The translations under genes and the position numbers were made by a program. Under the pieces are notes generated by a model, which worked only from the letters and a program-made list of their open reading frames with translations, ran no database searches and had not been told where the DNA came from. A stretch of DNA of 62,852 bases, filler included, from Phoronis australis (taxonomy: Eukaryota > Animalia > Phoronida): NCBI GenBank assembly GCA_002633005.1. It is 6 parts of 6 records of this genome, joined end to end, with 100 filler letters (N's around TTAATTAATTAA, not from the genome) between each part and the next. Parts side by side here need not be neighbours in the genome. Positions count along the whole stretch, not along the records: positions 55,249 to 62,852 come from NMRA01002000.1; 5 more parts are not named here. The stretch is one strand, 5' to 3'. This document shows positions 55,621 through 62,852 of this stretch, piece after piece; position 1 is the stretch's first letter, and every line of letters starts with the position of its first letter.

Positions 55621-58600
55621 ATGGCTGATTCCAAGAGAAGTACAGCTGCTCAGTTTTTTGAAAATGACGATGATGATGAGGGCATTGGCGATTCAACATC
55701 CACTTTTGATAAGGTGATTCAATTTTAATTCATCTCTCTTCACTTCAGCACTCCGGTCAGTTTCCACCTCACACGTTTCAACTAGTTCTAAATCTGCTGA
55801 GTTAGAACTTTGTTTTAACGTGCAGCTCACTGTCGGTTCACACATATTTTAAGTGAATTTTATTCTTTTTATCGAATGTTCGGTCGGCAAAGTTAACAAC
55901 CCCAACCCATGGCCATGTCCACAGGCGTCCTCAGCTTCTGGTCGTCCCCAATACACTATATAATACTACAAGGTATGACACTCCTGACTAGAAATTGCAC
56001 GGGTGCTTCACTTCAGTCGTCCATAGCAAACAAACCTCAATAAATTTACACAAAACAGAGGTTAAACAAACCATGAGGAATTGTTCTTTCTCCCAATACC
56101 ATTTACGGTGTTCTGCTTCACCCAGTTTGCAAGAAATTCGCAGTCAAAACTCAAAAATCTTCCTCAAAAGCCCGTCCTGAAAAATTTGTTGATGTAAGTT
56201 TCATGACGAAGTGATGAGCAGAACTACACAGGGAGAGTAAAATTTCAAGTTCTACTGAAGCCTAATACATGTGGTTCGTAGCTGTATTTTGTAGATAGTC
56301 TTCATACAGCTGTCCGCCTAGTTAGGCAACATGTAGCCCCTCGGCTGGCTGTCTGTAGTCTACAGTACTCACCATCGGTTTCTGTACTAATCTCATCCCG
56401 TGTACATTAACCAGTTGGAAGTCCAAATTGGATCATCGTATAAGGGTTTTCCCTGTGTAAAAAGTCCTTACTTGATTCAGTGATCCTTTCTTGTTCTATA
56501 CAAATCCTTGATGATGAGAGCTTATCTTAACTTAAGAACACACCTCTCTTATTTCAGGTTGTGGAACTGTTAAATCACGCTGCACTGCTTGGTCGAGATG
56601 TTCAGAGAGTGAACAATCTAAAACAAGTCAACGAACTCATAATTAATAAAGAACCAAACCTCTTGGATAACTTCTTTGACGTGAGTACTCAGAAGCAGTT
56701 ACCAAAATGTTGAGCCTAACATGAATTCTTTGCAGTTTCGTGTTTGAAGTCGCACCGAAATTCCTCCTAATTTTTGCCAGTCTAGGATGACTTGCATATC
56801 ACTACAGTGACAATTGATGTGATTTTTTCCATCTGTTTCAGGAAATGCTGGCCTTTCAAACTGACAAATCTGCCGACGTTCGCAAGGTAGTCATAGGGTT
56901 CATAGAGGATGCTTGGTGAGTGTCTCGGTTGATCTGTCTCGAAGCCAGACAAAATGAGTATCAATGGCAGTTCCTTCACTAGAATGGGGTGTCGTTGAAT
57001 ACAGAGAATGAAAATTGTGTTAGGGCTCCTAGCAAATTTTTTATTGAATACATGATGCGTTAAGTGCACTTAATCGAATAATTTGACCCCCTTTTAATGC
57101 CGTGGGCTCAATTTTTTCTTCCTCGCTGTAACTGAAACAAATATGAATAACATGGAGTATTTCACGAAGAAGTGAGAATAGACTATGACAATAGTTATGG
57201 GAACAATTAGCATGTCATGTTGGGAGAATTGAACAGTCCTTGATTTCTCCACTGCTCAGTATTAATACCAGCTGAGTAGTCACGTATCAAGCGATTTCCG
57301 ATCTGGAGATCTAGAATTCTAGGGATACATGCGACTCAGCTGATTTCCAACCAATTATCTCACAATATTTGCATTTCTGCCTTTAACTGTTTCCATCAAT
57401 GCAGATCATTCGTCTATAAATACACATTGTTCATGTAAACCTTGCACTATGTCTGTGAACTTTGTCTCTATTTTTCTTCGCAAGCATAATATATCTGACT
57501 TGTGGTTCAGCTTGTTGACTTCAATGAGAGGTTAATATAATAGTCTCCTTGTTCATTTCTCTCGTGTTTTACTCTTCACCAGCAAGACAGATAGCGAGAT
57601 GCTGCCTAAAGTGATCGCCAGTCTCAACATGATGCTGGAAGACGAGAACGTGGGTGTCCAGAAGAAGGTCATCCTCACCATGTCACAGGTGTACAAAGTG
57701 GCTCTCAAGGTACTACCTTTCAACGCTGGGCAGGGCTGAGTAAATTTTGGACGATTCGCTTGACATGAACACACTCTATTAACGTCTTCACTTTATTAAC
57801 CAAACATCTAATTTTTTGTATTCCACAAGATTTTTTTAATTTTATTCCATCCGTGGTCTTATACAACGACCCTTGTCATTATGGTTACCTGATTATGAAT
57901 TTAGCACGGACTGAGAAGCAAATTCTGGTCGTACAGTGAGAAACAAGAAGCACAACAATACTTACAACTGCTGTGTTTGTCATTAAGTGTCCATGTCTTT
58001 ATAATGTGCCCTCACATCAATTTTGTAATGTCGTAAATAAGACCTTATATGAGCATCCTGTCTTGCTTCAACCAATGATGCTAAACAGATACTAACTGAC
58101 GTGACTTCTTGCGGCAGTGACTTCAGTCTCTCTATTAATTCAGGTGATTTAGTAAATGTCAAAATTGCATGGAATTTCCAAGCTTCCATTCTCTCTATAA
58201 TGTTGATATGTGCTAGTTATGAACCAATTTGATGTGCGTTATTCAATGTAGAAAACTGTTTTTTATAAACACGAGACCCCTCTTATTGGCTATTAACCAA
58301 CAAACATTGCATTTAACAACAAAATTTGTGAAAATTGGGTCCGATAGACCTATTGCAATACGATGTTTCAAATGTTTTTGTTGACCCTTTTCATCGCCAA
58401 ACTGCCAATGGTGAAAATCTATACCATCGCTGCTAGCCGGTGCCTATAGACTGAATCTAAAAATTATTAGAACTGCATCCAAACTTTACACATGGTTTGA
58501 TGACATCACAGAGAATCCCAGTGCATTGAATTTCAGCCGTCTGTGGTGTTGAGTATACTAGGTAAATTTTTAGTCCTGTTTAGTGGCCTGTGGTGTCGTA

Positions 58601-60533
58601 ATATAGGTAGATTTTTAGACTTATTTAGCGGTCTGCAATGATAAAAGGGTTAACAAAAATATATGAAACATTGTATCGATCTGTTTGAAACCTGCACACC
58701 ACATGTATCAGGTAATATTTATTTGGGTTAAGACATCGTTGCAAGCTAACTTGTTCCTCCAATGGTAACAGTTCACTGGTTATGAAAGCGTACTACCCTT
58801 TTTATAACTGTTATAAGTACTGTTGGCACTTATTAGGGCAAATATGGTATCTGTTGTTTTGAGCCTGGAAAAGCTTGCATCAACATTACAAATGGTTCAT
58901 TTCCCTCCTATTGCAGTCTATCAGCAAGACTAAGGCTGTCACGGATGTGATGGAGCAGGTCTGGCAATACATTGATGTGATAAAGGACAAAATTGTTGAA
59001 TTCTTGGACTGTGATAATGATGGGTAGGTTGTTTAGTGTCGCACAAGTGGCAGTTACGCTAAGACACATTGAACTATGCTTAATATGATTTCAGTTGTAA
59101 AACAGTGCTGTTGAGAGCTGCAATGAATGTTAACCTCAGTTAGTATTGTAGTCAAGTGATGCGCAAAGAACCAAGGAACAATATGCAAAGTGGCTATCAA
59201 TCCACGCTCCATGATTACAAAACTTTTGATCTGGTCCACTTACCATTACGAAATTAGTCTCAAAGTGTCTCGTGGTTAAACTGGAAGTGATTTTATGGTT
59301 GTGAGAGAACCAATATTTCGTTATTGCTTGAAACCAAGCTTTACAAGTTGGCTTGCCACAGCATGTCATTTTATCTGTCATATATGCTTTCAAGAAATAA
59401 CGTCAGTACTCTGCGCAGCCTGAAACCACTTCTTATCCGAGTAAGGTACAAATTGAGACCAATTTTATAGCGGTACCTGGTTTAAGCCAAAAGTTTGCTT
59501 CTCGTACAGAACCTAGGTTTATAACTGCTTTAAGTGGTTATTTCCTCCATCTTTCCAAATGAAAATGAAATAGGAAATTAGCCAATTAACTCGTATACAA
59601 TTACTTCAATGCTTATCACTATGGCAACTGATTTCTGCCATCAAAGGGACCTGAGTGATTGCATGAGTTTTGCTGGAAGGGTTGATCAACCTTGTAACAA
59701 TTGACTCTCTTCTTTACTTGGTGAAATGATCTGTCTTGGGATTGAAGTTATTTTCTATCAGGGTTTTACAGGGAGGGTTAATCAAACTTGTTGTGAATTC
59801 CATTTGCACTGGATAATATGAAGGTGGTGTCCCTTGCAGAATACCACTTGAAACAAGGCCTGTATGACTTGTCCACTTGCAAGGGTAATGTTGTATACTG
59901 TACATGACAAATGCTTGTTTGTCCTTGCATGTGATATGTGTATTACTCCGCGCTGCTCTTAGATTGATTATGTAAAAAGAGTTGTTTTTTGTAGAATAAG
60001 GACGCATGCCATCAAGTTCATCGAGACCATCATCATTTGCTTATCACCACGCTCTGAGGTAAGTTTAGAAGTTGGGTGTAATTAGGTTAAGGCCGCTCGT
60101 GTTAATGATAAAAATATAGATCACTGGATGTAAAGTAGTTTTTTTGATGAGAAATGATAAGTGTTAGCACACAACTTCCAGCTATTTATATTGTTCTACA
60201 TTTAACCTTCAGTTGTTAGTAAAAATACAATCATCTGTCACATGTATGAATGTCAAATCAATCCCTTTGTTTATGGATTCGTTGCGACTTCCTCTTGGGA
60301 AGTTAGACGGGAATCAGTTTGGATACGGTCCCCAATGGTTTCATAGTATCCAGTGTCAGCCTTTGCATTGTTGTTCCCCAGGAGTCCGAGATACCAAAAA
60401 AGCTCGACTGGGATGTCAGTTTGGACATGATCCCCGATGGTCATGTGATCCTCAAGAAAAAGAAGCTGGAAGAAGAAGGAGACAAGCTGTTGGAAGCCTT
60501 GTTAGAGTTCCAGGGGTCACTACACATCTCTAG
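55621..60533 (+). CDS. SYMPK: Symplekin, first seven coding exons
   Basis: Exons 55621-55713, 56558-56680, 56842-56915, 57583-57709, 58917-59023, 59995-60058 and 60382-60533 splice to [13 protein letters not shown].../[10 protein letters not shown]...[46 protein letters not shown]...[22 protein letters not shown].../[12 protein letters not shown]...LSPR.../ESEIPKK...ISS. The gene continues beyond the window. Confidence 0.95.
55930..56177. repeat. Dispersed copy of the 35.0-35.25 kb repeat arm (inverted)
   Basis: Reverse complement of about 35015-35255 (CCCCAATACACTATATAATACTACAAGGTATGACACTC...CAGAGGTT...GAATTGTTCTTTC). Confidence 0.8.
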
Positions 60534-61020
60534 GTTAGTGGTGCTGGCCAGTATACGATCTTACACGTAAAGTTGTCTGATCTTGCCATTTTATTGCTAT
60601 ACCAGATTGTAAAGTATGTATGACTTGGAACATATGCCATAAATTGGACATATGTACTGTAATGTGTAAATAGCGCTTACTTTCAGTAATTATATCATGG
60701 GAGTCTGCTTTCACAATGTTCTTATGCCTAAGTAAGCTGTTGAATTATTATGTTTTGTAATGCAGTAAGCACATTGTTTCAGTATTACATACAAACCATC
60801 ACAGTCTGTGACAAGCAGATTAAAAAATAGTGCAGGTGGTCTGATACACGTCGTAGCAGACGTGCACAGGCCACTCAGCTGGGCCTATTGCATCAAACAC
60901 CTGAAACCGTTATTTGTTTATTAATATGGAAATATAACACATATCAACATGTACACGAATTAAGGCAGAGTTGAGGAGCTAGAGACATGCGTCAAGGGTC
61001 TAATAGTTGGGTCCAATAGG

Positions 61021-61606
61021 CAGGGCTTGGAATTTTCCGCGGAAAAGCGGATTTCCGCTGTTTTCAAATGTTCTGTCCTTGCATTTTATTATATTTCCGC
61101 GTAAAACAAATCGGATTTGATATAAAATTTCCGCGGCAAATCCCTTTCTTACCGCGACATTGCAGACGACGTTCACCTCGAAAAGCGGAAGTTGCTCTTT
61201 ATGTTTCGGAGGAACGTAAATTGTCAACATTGCCGGGGCATCTGGGATAGCGTGGTGGGATTTTCAATGGCGTCTCGTGTAATTGTAATGTTTCGGAGGA
61301 ACGTAAATTGTCAACATTGCCGGGGCATCTGGGACAGCGTGGTGTGATTTTCAATGGCGTCTCGTGTAATTGTTAAGCGCGGCGATAAATACTACCGCTC
61401 TGCAGCCAAAAATGTGTGGGTTGGGAGTGGACGGGCGAGCTAAAAGGACGCAGACGCATGCTACTGATGGTGGAACTTTTTTTTTTTTAGTCCTCCCGAT
61501 TTTTGTCGGGGAAAGGTTCACATTTCAAGGCTGGTTATCGGGCATGATCTGGGCCGTAACAGTTTCAAAGTTTCCGCTTTTTTGTCATTGGTCATTCCAA
61601 GCCCTG
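61021..61606. mobile_element. Second copy of the CAGGGCTTGGAAT MITE with an internal ~87-bp tandem duplication
   Basis: TIRs CAGGGCTTGGAAT/ATTCCAAGCCCTG; inverted relative to 8557-9046; 61201-61286 is repeated at 61288-61373; no matching TSD visible. Confidence 0.8.
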
Positions 61607-61624
61607 CTACAGATGATGACGACT

Positions 61625-62852
61625 TTCGAACAGATCTGATTACTACTGTGCCCCCTAGTGGCAATTTATTTTTTTATGTTTAACTCAGTATCTTCAAAGG
61701 TCCTCAACAGATTTTCATAAAATTTGAAATATAGGCATCTATTGGTGTGATGACGCTGTCTTCCTGGTTTTGGATGGAATCGAGGTACTTTGCACTATCT
61801 AGTGGCCATTTTTGCTGTTTTCAAATTTTGTTTTTGGTGTCCACCTCTGTATCGACCAAATCATTTGAAAATTGGCATATATGTTCTCAGTGTGAAGACG
61901 CCCTTTGATAATGGTGACTGACTACTGTGGCACCTCCTAGTGGTAGTTTTGTTTTGCGCCCATAGTTGTATCTCTTAAACCCACTGCAGGATCTTTACTA
62001 TATTTAGTAAGTGTATTTATATGAAGATAACAACAGACGACGACTTTCAGGCGGATCCAACGGACACTGTGCCCACTAGTGGCATTTCATTTTATTATGC
62101 GCCCACATATTTATATGTGGACGCATTATGCCGTCATCTCTGTCCGTCCGTCCGTCCGTCCGTCCGTCCGGGCGGCGTCCATCCGGCGTCTGGCGTCCGC
62201 TGCTCTATCTCCAAAACCCTTTGACATACGTTCATGAAATTTGGCACATATGTTCCATTCATGAATGGGACGGCATGTGCGAACTNTTTACGCTTACCTT
62301 TGTATCTTCAAAAGTCCTGAACGGATTTTCATGAAATTTGGTATGTAGGCACCTAGTAGTGAGGTGACGCTATCCTGCCGTTTTCGGATGGATTCGACAT
62401 AGTTTGCGCCACCTAGTGGCCATTTTTAGTGTTTTCGAGTCTGTTTTTGTGCTTCCACCCCTCTATCAACCAAACCGCTCTAAGGATGATTGTGAAAATT
62501 GGCATGTATGTGCTTACTATGTAGAGGACGGTTGACGATGATTTTCCGACGATTTCGACTACTGTGGCGCCTCCTAGTGGCAGTTTTGTTTTTTTTGCGC
62601 ATATGGCTGTATCTCCTAAACCGTTTGCAGGATCTTTACGAAATTGTGTAAGTATATTTATATGATGTTAACAATGGAAGATGACAACTTTTGGACGGAT
62701 CCGACAACCGGTGTGCCCCCTAGTGGCAATTTTAGTTTTTTACGCTTACCTTTGTATCTTCAAAAGTCCTGAACGAATTTTCATGAAATTTGGTATGTAG
62801 GCACCTATTAGTGAGATGACGCTATCCTCCTGTTTTCAGATGGATTCGACGT
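61625..62852 (+). mobile_element. Helentron/DINE-1-like repeat with ~450-bp tandem core units and (GTCC)n
   Basis: TTTTATTATGCGCCCACATATTTATATGTGGACGCAT hairpin at ~62090-62126, (GTCC)n at ~62142-62170, and recurring units (62287 onwards repeated at 62739 onwards, and related to 61625-62090). Confidence 0.6.

Overview
AT-rich, intron-rich animal genomic DNA, most consistent with an invertebrate; it is not prokaryotic. The window is six contigs joined by five artificial 100-bp spacers (N44-TTAATTAATTAA-N44), plus three single-N joins. Host genes, with exons read by hand, are all partial: the 3' end of EHHADH (+, ends in PTS1 SKL), the last 11 exons of a CPS1/CPS III-type carbamoyl-phosphate synthetase (-), one orphan NET/DAT-like SLC6 exon (+), SYAP1 (-), exon 1 of a ZnT2-like SLC30A (-), three SLC5A6/8-like exons (-) and the first seven coding exons of SYMPK (+). 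The most unusual object is a 4.4-kb Ty3/Gypsy retrotransposon (24746-29188, -). Its TSD, tRNA primer site and polypurine tract all delimit two identical LTRs only 31 bp long. Also notable are minisatellites that duplicate splice sites, one giving a stop-free in-frame 53-aa exon extension. There is a probable GC-AG intron, a Kolobok-like remnant with a P2X7-ballast-like ORF, Harbinger and CAG..CTG MITEs, LINE and IS3EU-like fossils, and a Helentron/DINE-like repeat carrying CTCF-like motifs. Family assignments come from recalled motifs, not database searches.
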